Shown: piece by piece, positions 1 to 7,380 of the stretch | Layout of the letters: the number at the start of each line of letters is the position of its first letter | Position numbering within the stretch: the first letter of the stretch is position 1 | NCBI GenBank assembly: GCA_049515915.1 | Contig: JBEKTP010000001.1 | Coordinates: forward strand, 6,855-70,854 | Reading direction: 5' to 3' | DNA: 64,000 bases | Source of the DNA: Patescibacteria group bacterium | Lineage (GTDB): Bacteria; Patescibacteriota; UBA1384; UBA12157; JAENIV01 | The notes under the pieces: generated by a model | The model's database searches: none | What the model was told of the DNA's origin: nothing | What the model saw: only the letters and a program-made list of their open reading frames with translations | Translations under genes and position numbers: made by a program

Positions 1-225
1 CGTTAGTCACCAGATTGACAATAAAAGGTATCACGAGAAGTCCGGGGATATTTCCTTTTATCGCTTGATAAAAAACAAAGCCATAGGAAATGGCGATCAA
101 AATATACAAAAATGGCCAAACAATACCGAAGAGGTAAGGAGGCGGTGACAGCGGCGGCCGCTTAAAAGTTTTGTAGGTTTTCTGATAGTCCATATTTTTA
201 TTTTACTCCAAACTTTTGATGAATT

Positions 226-240
226 TGACGATTTTTAGTT
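226..240 (-). repeat. recurring intergenic motif AACTAAAAATCGYCRAR (instance 1)
   Basis: The plus strand reads tgacgatttttagtt. It overlaps the last codon and stop of the gene ending at 235. Confidence 0.5.
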
Positions 241-501
241 TATTTTTCTTAATTCTATTTTGACTTTTTCTAATATTTTTTTGCGATTCTCGGGTAAGTT
301 TTTGCCGGCGCGATTGATGTAAAAGGAAAGCATGCTCATGGCCGAATTATACGGCATCCGGGCTTTGCGCCGAGTGCTAGTTTTGGCCGATTTCATTAAG
401 GAACGGGCGATCCGTTTCGGATCATCAAAACTAAAAATTCCCGGCTCCAAATCCAAAGCATTACTTTCTTTTGTAACTTTCCCCGACCAATATTTTTTCA
501 T
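235..501 (-). CDS. DUF3175-like small protein
   Basis: 88 aa; the motif SAMSMLSFYINRAGKNL resembles the DUF3175 family. The start is 8 nt after the intergenic motif instance. Confidence 0.45.
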   Translation of the reverse strand: MKKYWSGKVTKESNALDLEPGIFSFDDPKRIARSLMKSAKTSTRRKARMPYNSAMSMLSFYINRAGKNLPENRKKILEKVKIELRKIN

Positions 502-507
502 AAAATA

Positions 508-527
508 TCTCGGCGATTTTTAGTTCG
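508..527 (-). repeat. recurring intergenic motif (instance 2)
   Basis: The plus strand reads ctcggcgatttttagttcg. It lies right after the protease stop and 8 nt before the ATG of the DUF3175-like gene. Confidence 0.5.
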
Positions 528-924
528 ATTTATATTCTTTAGGTATAATTTCGAATTGCTTTTTACCTACTTCAAAAGTTAATTTAACTTTATTAAAGAA
601 TCCTTCGTGACCGAGAATCCCGAATCCATACGGGTTAATATCTCGTGTGAATATTATCGGCACATCTTTAAAAAGCCAACCGCCAATTTCTAAATCTACT
701 TTGTGAATATAACCTCGACCGGTACCGCATATTCCACCGAAGGGGTATTCGTCGCCTTTTTCCAAATCGATATGAAGTTGTTCGGCAACCTCCGCATGGA
801 CAATTGCTATATCGGCACCAGTATCAATTAACGCTTGATAGGGAAAAGATTTGCCGCCGGATTTAAAAACAACCGGCAAAACCGGTTTGTAAAACATCTG
901 AAATTTTACATATGGAAATTTCAT
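520..924 (-). CDS. retropepsin-like (clan AA) aspartic protease
   Basis: 134 aa; the D-T-G-A active-site signature (LIDTGADIAIV) is typical of retroviral-type aspartyl proteases. It is translationally coupled to the upstream small ORF. Confidence 0.6.
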   Translation of the reverse strand: MKFPYVKFQMFYKPVLPVVFKSGGKSFPYQALIDTGADIAIVHAEVAEQLHIDLEKGDEYPFGGICGTGRGYIHKVDLEIGGWLFKDVPIIFTRDINPYGFGILGHEGFFNKVKLTFEVGKKQFEIIPKEYKSN

Positions 925-925
925 T

Positions 926-1126
926 TTAACAGCCGATGTAGGACAATATTTTTTCAGGAACTTTAAAAGTTAGAGGGACTTTTCTCTTACCATATTTCTT
1001 CTCAAACTTATTTAATGCCTGAGATAGTTTTTTGTCTGCAGAAAGAACCGTCGTCTGATTAGAATCCAAAACCACCCATTGCCCTTTATAATCTTGATAA
1101 ATTTTTGTCTGATCAATAACTTTCAT
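926..1126 (-). CDS. small hypothetical protein, partner of the retropepsin-like protease
   Basis: The likely true start is MKVIDQ at 1126, with a GGAGTG RBS and a TTGGAT-N15-TGnTATAAT promoter-like element upstream. It is about 66 aa and ends 1 nt before the protease start. Confidence 0.4.
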   Translation of the reverse strand: MKVIDQTKIYQDYKGQWVVLDSNQTTVLSADKKLSQALNKFEKKYGKRKVPLTFKVPEKILSYIGC

Positions 1127-1178
1127 TTTCACTCCAACATTATTATAACACAATTATTTGACATCCAAAATTTGGAGG

Positions 1179-1196
1179 TTCGACGATTTTTATTGC
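1179..1196 (-). repeat. recurring intergenic motif (instance 3)
   Basis: The plus strand reads ttcgacgatttttattgc. It is preceded on the minus strand by TTGACG-N14. Confidence 0.5.
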
Positions 1197-1702
1197 TATA
1201 TTATTTCGTCAATTAAACCTGCCTCGAGGGCTTCCCCTGCAGAAAAATATTTGTCTCCCAACGCAGCAGCCTCGATTTGTTTAACTTTCTCGCCACTTCT
1301 AGTAGCATAAATTTCAAAAAATTTTTCATCCAATTTTCTAAAAGTGTTTAATGCTTCCTGAGCATTATCAACATAACCGGCCACTTGAACACTACTTTTA
1401 TGGAGCATCATTTGACTATTAGTTGTCATCAACCTTTTTTCACAAGCTTGTAATATCAAAGACGCCCCAGAAAAAGCAATCCCTGATACAACTCCAACGG
1501 TTTTTCTTTTGCAATTTTTAAGTAAGTCGTAAAGCCCAAGAGCAGTATGAGTATCGCCGCCAGGCGAATTGATAAAAACAGTTACTTCATCATTTTCTTT
1601 AGTGGAATTCATGACCGCTGAAAATCTTGCCGTAAAGTTAACATAAAATTCTTTATTATCTATCGGCCCCGCTACCCAAATTGAATTTTTGTATTCAGTC
1701 AT
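1196..1702 (-). CDS. ClpP-like serine protease (S14 family), stand-alone
   Basis: 168 aa. The INSPGG motif and the GIAFSGASLIL segment (Ser nucleophile) are present, with His in MLHKSS. It is shorter than canonical ClpP. Confidence 0.6.
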   Translation of the reverse strand: MTEYKNSIWVAGPIDNKEFYVNFTARFSAVMNSTKENDEVTVFINSPGGDTHTALGLYDLLKNCKRKTVGVVSGIAFSGASLILQACEKRLMTTNSQMMLHKSSVQVAGYVDNAQEALNTFRKLDEKFFEIYATRSGEKVKQIEAAALGDKYFSAGEALEAGLIDEII

Positions 1703-1740
1703 CGAGTTATCCTTTTTAATTATAATTTTTCAACTTTGAG

Positions 1741-2421
1741 TTAAAAGGGTGTTTCATTGTCTGGACTTTTGTAGCCGTGAGTTATTTGGTCACCAACATG
1801 GCGGTATTTGCACCACTTGCAGTCTTCGGCTTCGGCTGGCAAGGGCCCAGATAAAAGATCATCAATAATTTTGGCGAACCTAAGAAAATGCGCCTCATCG
1901 CAAGGAATTTCCAGCCACTTGGGCGGAAAATCTATTTTAGCAATGCCATTCTTGAACTTCACCATGTCTGGATAAAAAATCAAAAGCCCAAGCTTGGTAA
2001 TTTTTAACGACTCGCCGCTACTCGGATTTTCGAGAGCAAATTTATAAGCGCCGAGCTGGGTTTTATACTTTTCGATTTTATCTTCGGCCGGCTGGCTGAT
2101 TTTTAAGTCAATTAAAGTGTGGGTACCATCGCTATTTTTGACCAATAAATCGTATTTTCCTTTGATGTAAACATTCGTTTCCGGCACCGGCATCGATTCG
2201 ACCCAGCCTTCTTGTTTGATAACTTCTCCCTCAGGTAGATCTTTGGAAATGGATTGTAAATTTCTCCCGACTAAATCTCCTTGGAGCCGACTGTTGATCG
2301 CCGCAAAAACTCCCGGCATCGGCATGCTAGGCTGATAGATTCCAGCTTTGACTTTTAAGCAATAGCAAAGCTTACATTCTTCGTAAAGGTAGGCGAAATC
2401 CGACGGTGACAGTTTATACAT
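1741..2421 (-). CDS. Cas4/RecB-like PD-(D/E)XK nuclease with Cys clusters
   Basis: 226 aa. The D..(I)DLK core and a QxxxY motif (TQLGAY) are present. Cys cluster CKLCYC lies at the N-terminus and C175 plus CKWC near the C-terminus, resembling the Fe-S staple of Cas4/AddB-type nucleases. Confidence 0.55.
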   Translation of the reverse strand: MYKLSPSDFAYLYEECKLCYCLKVKAGIYQPSMPMPGVFAAINSRLQGDLVGRNLQSISKDLPEGEVIKQEGWVESMPVPETNVYIKGKYDLLVKNSDGTHTLIDLKISQPAEDKIEKYKTQLGAYKFALENPSSGESLKITKLGLLIFYPDMVKFKNGIAKIDFPPKWLEIPCDEAHFLRFAKIIDDLLSGPLPAEAEDCKWCKYRHVGDQITHGYKSPDNETPF

Positions 2422-2430
2422 AAAGTTATC

Positions 2431-3342
2431 CTATCTATCCGGTGCGTTATCGTAACCTTGCTTGATAACCGACATAATATAATCGGCATTGGCGTTGTTG
2501 ACAAAATCGTGATACCACAGAGCGGTCGTGCCCCATTTGTAATTCGCCGGAACTTTCTTAAATATCTTTTTGGGATCGTCAATTTTTGTCGATCGAACAT
2601 ACACTCTAATTTTTTCTTTTGACAAGTTCAACGAGCAAAAATTATGATATTGAACTTTATAGCCAATATAATTTTTAACCGGTTTTGCCTGAATACGACT
2701 ATCCAGATTTATTATTCGCTCATGCATTTCCTCGAAAAGTGTTTTCACATTTCCACTGACGCGACTTAAGTGATCGGCAATCGTATATTCTTGAATCTCC
2801 CGACTAACTTCTTTGACTGGTTTAGTTTTTAAAATTGATGAAATCGAAATGTCCGATTTGGGAGTTTCAATTTGCTGAATTTGAAAAATATCATTTGACC
2901 AATCATACTTCCAAAGTTCAAAAGGAACACCTTTAAATCCCAAGGCGTTTGTTTGGTGAGTGTTAAAACTTCGAGCAATAAAAATTACCCGCGCTTGAGA
3001 CCAATCAATTTCTTTTTTTCCAATTTTACTTTCAAGAACAATTTGATAGTCACCTTTGTGGTTTAAGAGCCAGCTTAAGTAAGCCATGCCTTGATCAATG
3101 ACGCTTTCATGAGAATCTTTTTTATATTCTATAAGCACGGGGCCTTTTGTTTCTGAATCGTAGGCAATCGTATCAATCGAAAGTCCCTGACCTCCGAATT
3201 CAGTTCTTAGAAATTCTAAACCAAAAATCTCTTTGAGATTATTGTCAACTAATGTCTGCAACTCAAGTTCACTTTTAAAACTTTCTGACTTAAGGGCCTT
3301 GAACTTGTTATTTTCAATTTTAAATATCGGCATAATACCCAA
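2431..3342 (-). CDS. RecB-family PD-(D/E)XK nuclease domain protein with C-terminal unknown domain
   Basis: 303 aa. The N-terminal IDTIAYD...LIEYKK (D-E-K) is followed by a QGMAY (QxxxY) motif. The C-terminal half is uncharacterised. Confidence 0.5.
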   Translation of the reverse strand: MGIMPIFKIENNKFKALKSESFKSELELQTLVDNNLKEIFGLEFLRTEFGGQGLSIDTIAYDSETKGPVLIEYKKDSHESVIDQGMAYLSWLLNHKGDYQIVLESKIGKKEIDWSQARVIFIARSFNTHQTNALGFKGVPFELWKYDWSNDIFQIQQIETPKSDISISSILKTKPVKEVSREIQEYTIADHLSRVSGNVKTLFEEMHERIINLDSRIQAKPVKNYIGYKVQYHNFCSLNLSKEKIRVYVRSTKIDDPKKIFKKVPANYKWGTTALWYHDFVNNANADYIMSVIKQGYDNAPDR

Positions 3343-3385
3343 ATTATATTACTTTAGGACTTTTTAATCCAGAAACCTCTAGTTT

Positions 3386-3529
3386 TTATTTCTTCTTTGG
3401 TTTCTTTCTTCTTCCCGTTACTAAAGTTCGTGCATATCCTGGTTCTTTTTTCTCTGGCGTATGTGGATTTTGAAGGCCTTTCCCGGCTTTACTTAGCTGA
3501 GCTTTTGTTGGTTTTTTATTTTTTGCCAT
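3386..3529 (-). CDS. small very basic protein (47 aa)
   Basis: It is absent from the ORF track because it is under 60 aa. MAKNKKPTKAQLSKAGKGLQNPHTPEKKEPGYARTLVTGRRKKPKKK is preceded by an AAAGGTGGTGA RBS 7 nt upstream. Confidence 0.35.
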   Translation of the reverse strand: MAKNKKPTKAQLSKAGKGLQNPHTPEKKEPGYARTLVTGRRKKPKKK

Positions 3530-3618
3530 TATTACTCACCACCTTTCTCAATCACTTCTTCAACTTTTTTTTCGCTTCTGCTAAAAGCGCTTTGGATTTT
3601 TGGTGAGCAGTGTGGAAT

Positions 3619-3780
3619 TCAAAATTCCTCAATACCTTGGTACTCCAGTTTCTTTTTGTATTCCGGCATTGTGTCGCCATTTTCCAAGCAAACATCGAGC
3701 ATAAAGGTTTTTGGATTCGCCCAGCTTTCGACATCCACTCGCCCTTCACCGTATTTGCTTTTCACTAAAACACAAGTCAT
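3619..3780 (-). CDS. small hypothetical protein (53 aa)
   Basis: ATG at 3780 is preceded by a strong RBS (AAAAGGAGGTATAA). The track ORF 3552..3749 is in a different frame and is probably spurious. Confidence 0.4.
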   Translation of the reverse strand: MTCVLVKSKYGEGRVDVESWANPKTFMLDVCLENGDTMPEYKKKLEYQGIEEF

Positions 3781-3802
3781 TTATACCTCCTTTTAAAAAT
3801 AT

Positions 3803-3823
3803 TCAATCGACGATTTTTAGTTC
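3803..3823 (-). repeat. recurring intergenic motif (instance 4)
   Basis: The plus strand reads tcaatcgacgatttttagttc. It immediately follows the GNAT stop codon and lies about 20 nt upstream of the RBS of the 53-aa ORF. Confidence 0.5.
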
Positions 3824-4309
3824 TTATGTTAAATCTTTTTGCAATGTTACCAATTCTAATTCTTCATTCGTTTTTTTATTAATAACATTACTAATAACTT
3901 TTCTGCTTGTGATTTGGGTAAAACCGATTTTACGGTAAAATTTGCGTGTTCGTACATAAGGTTCATATTTAATTTTTTCAGATAATGTTTCAACTTTTAA
4001 TTTATTGATGTCTAATGTTATTAATATTTCTTCTAATTCGTGGACTAAAGCTTGACCAATGCCTTTTCTTTGATAGTCTGGTAAAACTCCCAACCAACTT
4101 ATAAACACTTCTCCCTCAAAAGAGCTATAGGTTAGAAAACCAACAATTTTTCCATCACATTCGGCTACATAGCCTTGATGAAAATTCAAATCATTCGGAA
4201 TTTCGAAAGTCAGCGCGTAATTATCAAACCAATCATGAAGATTTTTAGCAATCTTTATTATTTCCGGCCGATCTCGTTGTCCAAGTTTTCTAATTTTAAT
4301 ATTTTGCAT
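3824..4309 (-). CDS. GNAT family N-acetyltransferase
   Basis: 161 aa; the acetyl-CoA binding motif QRKGIGQALV is present. Confidence 0.8.
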   Translation of the reverse strand: MQNIKIRKLGQRDRPEIIKIAKNLHDWFDNYALTFEIPNDLNFHQGYVAECDGKIVGFLTYSSFEGEVFISWLGVLPDYQRKGIGQALVHELEEILITLDINKLKVETLSEKIKYEPYVRTRKFYRKIGFTQITSRKVISNVINKKTNEELELVTLQKDLT

Positions 4310-4321
4310 TTATTTAAATCC

Positions 4322-4339
4322 CTCGACGATTTTTGATTC
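4322..4339 (-). repeat. recurring intergenic motif (instance 5)
   Basis: The plus strand reads ctcgacgatttttgattc. It lies 12 nt upstream of the GNAT ATG, and the minus strand reads TCAAAAATCGTCGAGGGATTT. Confidence 0.5.
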
Positions 4340-4442
4340 ATATTAATTATACTCCAAAAACTATATAAACCTTTATTTTTTAAATAGATATAGTATAATA
4401 AACACGATTTGGATTCCAGCGTCAGAAGGAGGTGAACAAATC

Positions 4443-4763
4443 ATGGCCGATGAGAAGACCTACGCGCAAAGACTGGCTGAGACCCAAGCGATGTCCACCG
4501 AGGAGATTCACGAAGCCATCAGAGCGCGCGAGGCAGCTGGAAAACCCTGCGGCATACTCCACAGGGTATTAGCGGATCGTTCCGACGAGCGGGCCAAAAC
4601 GCTCGGTATCGATCCGCCCAGACCAGGAAGAAAGACGTATTCTGAACGGTACTCCGAGACCAGCTCCATGTCTACAAGCGAGATCAGAGCCAAGATCGCA
4701 GAACGCAGGGCTCAAGGCAAGGAGGTCGGTGTCCTCGAGCGCGTTCTTTCAGAACGTGAGTAG
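4443..4763 (+). CDS. high-GC hypothetical protein with internal tandem duplication
   Basis: 106 aa. Two ~45-aa repeats are present (MSTEEIHEAIRAREAAGKPCGILHRVLADR / MSTSEIRAKIAERRAQGKEVGVLERVLSER). GC is about 57% against about 35-40% flanks. It has a strong RBS (GAAGGAGGTGA) and its own terminator. Confidence 0.5.
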   Translation: MADEKTYAQRLAETQAMSTEEIHEAIRAREAAGKPCGILHRVLADRSDERAKTLGIDPPRPGRKTYSERYSETSSMSTSEIRAKIAERRAQGKEVGVLERVLSERE

Positions 4764-4790
4764 CCGCCCAGGCCAGTTGAACGATCGAAC

Positions 4791-4830
4791 GAAACCGCCT
4801 AGTAGCTTTAAAGCGAACGGCGGTTTTATT
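4791..4830. terminator. bidirectional rho-independent terminator
   Basis: Hairpin AAACCGCC...GGCGGTTT with a T-run on the plus strand and an A-run upstream. It sits between convergent genes (4443..4763 + and 4894..5421 -). Confidence 0.6.
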
Positions 4831-4853
4831 TAGATAGAATAACCCAGAATTTC

Positions 4854-4873
4854 CCTCGGTGATTTTTAGTTCG
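4854..4873 (-). repeat. recurring intergenic motif (instance 6)
   Basis: The plus strand reads cctcggtgatttttagttcg. The minus strand reads TTGACT-N14-TAAAAATCACCGAGGGAAATT, about 20 nt downstream of the last gene of the R-M operon. Confidence 0.5.
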
Positions 4874-4893
4874 TGCTTTTTAAGTCAAGATAC

Positions 4894-5421
4894 CTAACTC
4901 TTTTTCTGGTTTTCTTTTGAATAGTACCAGAGAGCCTTGTCTAATGTTCGCAACGATACTTGATATTTTTCTGATAGTTTTCTTAATTCTTCAGTATATT
5001 TTTCCCAAAATCCAAAATCATAGCTTTTGGGCTGTTGCCATCCTAATGACCAAATAGCTCTGAAATCTAATATTGGATATTTATTTGGATATGCAAAATG
5101 TAAAATTACAGATGCAACCGGCCACGATGCACCTTTAATCAATAATAATGATCCAATGCTCGCTCTTTCATTTTTTGTGGATAATGCGAAGCTAGTTATT
5201 TCTCTAATAAACTCGTCGTCATTATTTTCATAATGTTTCTTGGGACGTTTTGACTTCCAAAGCCCGAGTATTACAAAATGCCTTTTATCCAAGTATTTAT
5301 TTGATAAAAACCAGTTTTTTAATTCCTTTTCATATTTTTCGTCGTCCGTTGCCCGAAAAATTGAATCGTATTTATTGCTATATTCTATTATTTTTTCTCT
5401 TGATAGTTTCATTTCTTTCAA
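4894..5421 (-). CDS. hypothetical protein (175 aa), last gene of the R-M operon
   Basis: Long ORF with a 6-nt gap to the upstream glycosylase-like gene and no recognisable motif. Confidence 0.45.
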   Translation of the reverse strand: MKEMKLSREKIIEYSNKYDSIFRATDDEKYEKELKNWFLSNKYLDKRHFVILGLWKSKRPKKHYENNDDEFIREITSFALSTKNERASIGSLLLIKGASWPVASVILHFAYPNKYPILDFRAIWSLGWQQPKSYDFGFWEKYTEELRKLSEKYQVSLRTLDKALWYYSKENQKKS

Positions 5422-5427
5422 TAATTT

Positions 5428-6204
5428 TTATTTCTCGCTTATTATCTTCGGGCACAATGAATTCAAATAACACTTTTGACAATCTGGATTTTTTGGTCGG
5501 CACCAGTTGTGCCCGATTTCCCAACAAGACAAATCAAAAATTCCAGGATAATCCGGATGAAGTTCGCGGGCAGCATATACCAATTCTTCAGAATTTTCTT
5601 TTTTTGTAAAACCAATCCGCTTAAATACCCGTCTCAAATGAACATCTGGCGAGACATCAATACAAATTTTATCTTTTACTTCAATCTTGAAATCTCTAAC
5701 AAGGATATTAGCGGCCATTGTAGAAATTTTAATCCCTACACCCCTAAATTCTTGAAACCTTTTAACTAGCAAGGCACTACTTGGTTTTCCCAACCAAATA
5801 TTTGCCGCATTGCTTTTATATTTATTTTTTATGTCTTGCAAAGCATAAAAAAAATTCTCAGCCATATCAGTATTGAATCTATGAAGTTTCTTATTATTAA
5901 AAAGTTCAATATATTGTTCTTTGCTTAATTTTAATAATTCAGTTATTTCAAAAGTATTTAACTCTTGAGAGATTTTGTAGGGTATAACCCAAGCTCTTTC
6001 GGCGGGGATTTGCCGATCCATAACACAGGCAAGCACAAATGCGTGTGGATATTTATCCAGATTATTTAATAATTTTTCGGCTTGGTTATTATTAGTAGTA
6101 AAGTTGACAATTTCTTTGGGTCTATCCAAAAGAGCCTGACCACGTTTTATCAGTAATTCGCTAATTTCCGCTTTTTTAAATTCATTATCCATCCAATTCT
6201 CCAT
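5428..6204 (-). CDS. endonuclease III-like HhH-GPD DNA glycosylase with [4Fe-4S] cluster loop
   Basis: 258 aa. An HhH motif with Lys (FRGVGIKISTMAANIL) is followed by IDVSPDVHLRRVFKRIGF, resembling Nth GVGRKTA...VDTHIFRV. The C-terminal C-x6-C-x2-C-x5-C (CRPKNPDCQKCYLNSLC) matches the EndoIII/MutY Fe-S loop. Confidence 0.65.
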   Translation of the reverse strand: MENWMDNEFKKAEISELLIKRGQALLDRPKEIVNFTTNNNQAEKLLNNLDKYPHAFVLACVMDRQIPAERAWVIPYKISQELNTFEITELLKLSKEQYIELFNNKKLHRFNTDMAENFFYALQDIKNKYKSNAANIWLGKPSSALLVKRFQEFRGVGIKISTMAANILVRDFKIEVKDKICIDVSPDVHLRRVFKRIGFTKKENSEELVYAARELHPDYPGIFDLSCWEIGHNWCRPKNPDCQKCYLNSLCPKIISEK

Positions 6205-6240
6205 TCATTGATTTGTGCAAAACCGAATCGAAAAGTTCTT

Positions 6241-7380
6241 TTATAATTCCCCTTCAAATGCGCTAGATAGGATGGATTGTTTGAGAGAGGAAAGATCGGC
6301 GAGCTGGTTTTGCTGAAGGGTTTTGAGTTTTTCGACTTTTTCTCGCAAATTATTGAGATAAGCAACAATCTTTTTTTGTTCCGAAATCGACGGAAGCGGG
6401 ATTCTTTCTTTTTTTAAAATTTTATAATGTCTGCTGTATCCCAAGCTTTCAAGATCTAAATCTTGAAGAGCATAATAAAAATATTTTGGATTGAATTCAT
6501 CTTTCGGATCTATGATTTTGGTGCCATCTGCCCCGATGGCGAAAACAAAATCAATATATTTAAAAATTCGAGTATGGTCTCCAAAAATAATTACCGGCAA
6601 TTCCCCTTGATACGTGGTATATTTATCATTTGTGTAACCGCCAATCAAAGACGCACCTTGATCAACAATTGGATAATTTCCTTCTCTATAGTAATTTGTC
6701 TTAGCAATTCCTTTTATTTTTTTTGGTAACTTTTTAATACATTCGGAAAATTCTATCATTTTATTTTTTTTACTGATATTTTGTAAAACTTTTTTAAGAG
6801 ACGAGCAGAAAATCTGATTTGTTCCTACGAGAGATTTTTGGCGGAGGACGATGGCTTTGTCAATTTTTTCAAAATATTTCTCAATCTTCGCCACGATTTG
6901 TTTTTGGATTTGGAGAGGCGGGATAGGGATTTCGAGATTAGAATATTGTTGGGCATTTATATTGGGTTGTGTAACCTGATTTAGTGTCCTTGAAATAAAG
7001 TTTTTATAATAGGGGCTTAATGAATATAGAAAGAAAAATTTGGGAAGCACTTTATTTTTATCCAGCTTAAACCGAATTAAATAAGATGCGAACAATGCGG
7101 GTTTTGGCAAATCTGTTTTATTAACTAAATACATTCTGCCAACTGAGCCGCTTCGGGCAATTAAAATATCATCATTTTCCAAAGCATATTTTTTGAAAGT
7201 TACTTCATTAGTATCAATAAACTTAGGATTAGCAAGATTTAACATTCCTGAATCATTTATGTCCGTTATCCGAAGATATAAATATGGTTTTTCTTGTAAA
7301 CTTGCTTTAGCCGTAAAACCGTATTGTGGTTTTGTCTTTAATAATTCTCCTATTTTTTTTATCGGCCAGTTAGTTTTCAT
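6241..7380 (-). CDS. hsdS: Type I restriction-modification specificity subunit HsdS
   Basis: 379 aa with two target-recognition-domain halves and conserved LPLPPLQIQKQIVAKIE / IPLPSISEQKKIVAYL repeats. It overlaps the upstream ORF by 4 nt. Confidence 0.85.
   Translation of the reverse strand: MKTNWPIKKIGELLKTKPQYGFTAKASLQEKPYLYLRITDINDSGMLNLANPKFIDTNEVTFKKYALENDDILIARSGSVGRMYLVNKTDLPKPALFASYLIRFKLDKNKVLPKFFFLYSLSPYYKNFISRTLNQVTQPNINAQQYSNLEIPIPPLQIQKQIVAKIEKYFEKIDKAIVLRQKSLVGTNQIFCSSLKKVLQNISKKNKMIEFSECIKKLPKKIKGIAKTNYYREGNYPIVDQGASLIGGYTNDKYTTYQGELPVIIFGDHTRIFKYIDFVFAIGADGTKIIDPKDEFNPKYFYYALQDLDLESLGYSRHYKILKKERIPLPSISEQKKIVAYLNNLREKVEKLKTLQQNQLADLSSLKQSILSSAFEGEL

Noticed and set aside
3552-3749. 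Track ORF of 65 aa (MKGEWMSKAGRIQ...).
   Set aside because: It is in a different frame from the 53-aa ORF that has a strong RBS and start at 3780, and it has no RBS of its own. It is probably spurious.
226-4873. Considered whether the repeated intergenic motif marks integron gene cassettes (attC sites).
   Set aside because: The repeats are short (about 17 nt) and lack the imperfect inverted-repeat R''/L''-L'/R' structure and the GTTRRRY core of attC. No intI gene is visible. They were kept as a promoter/operator-like motif instead.
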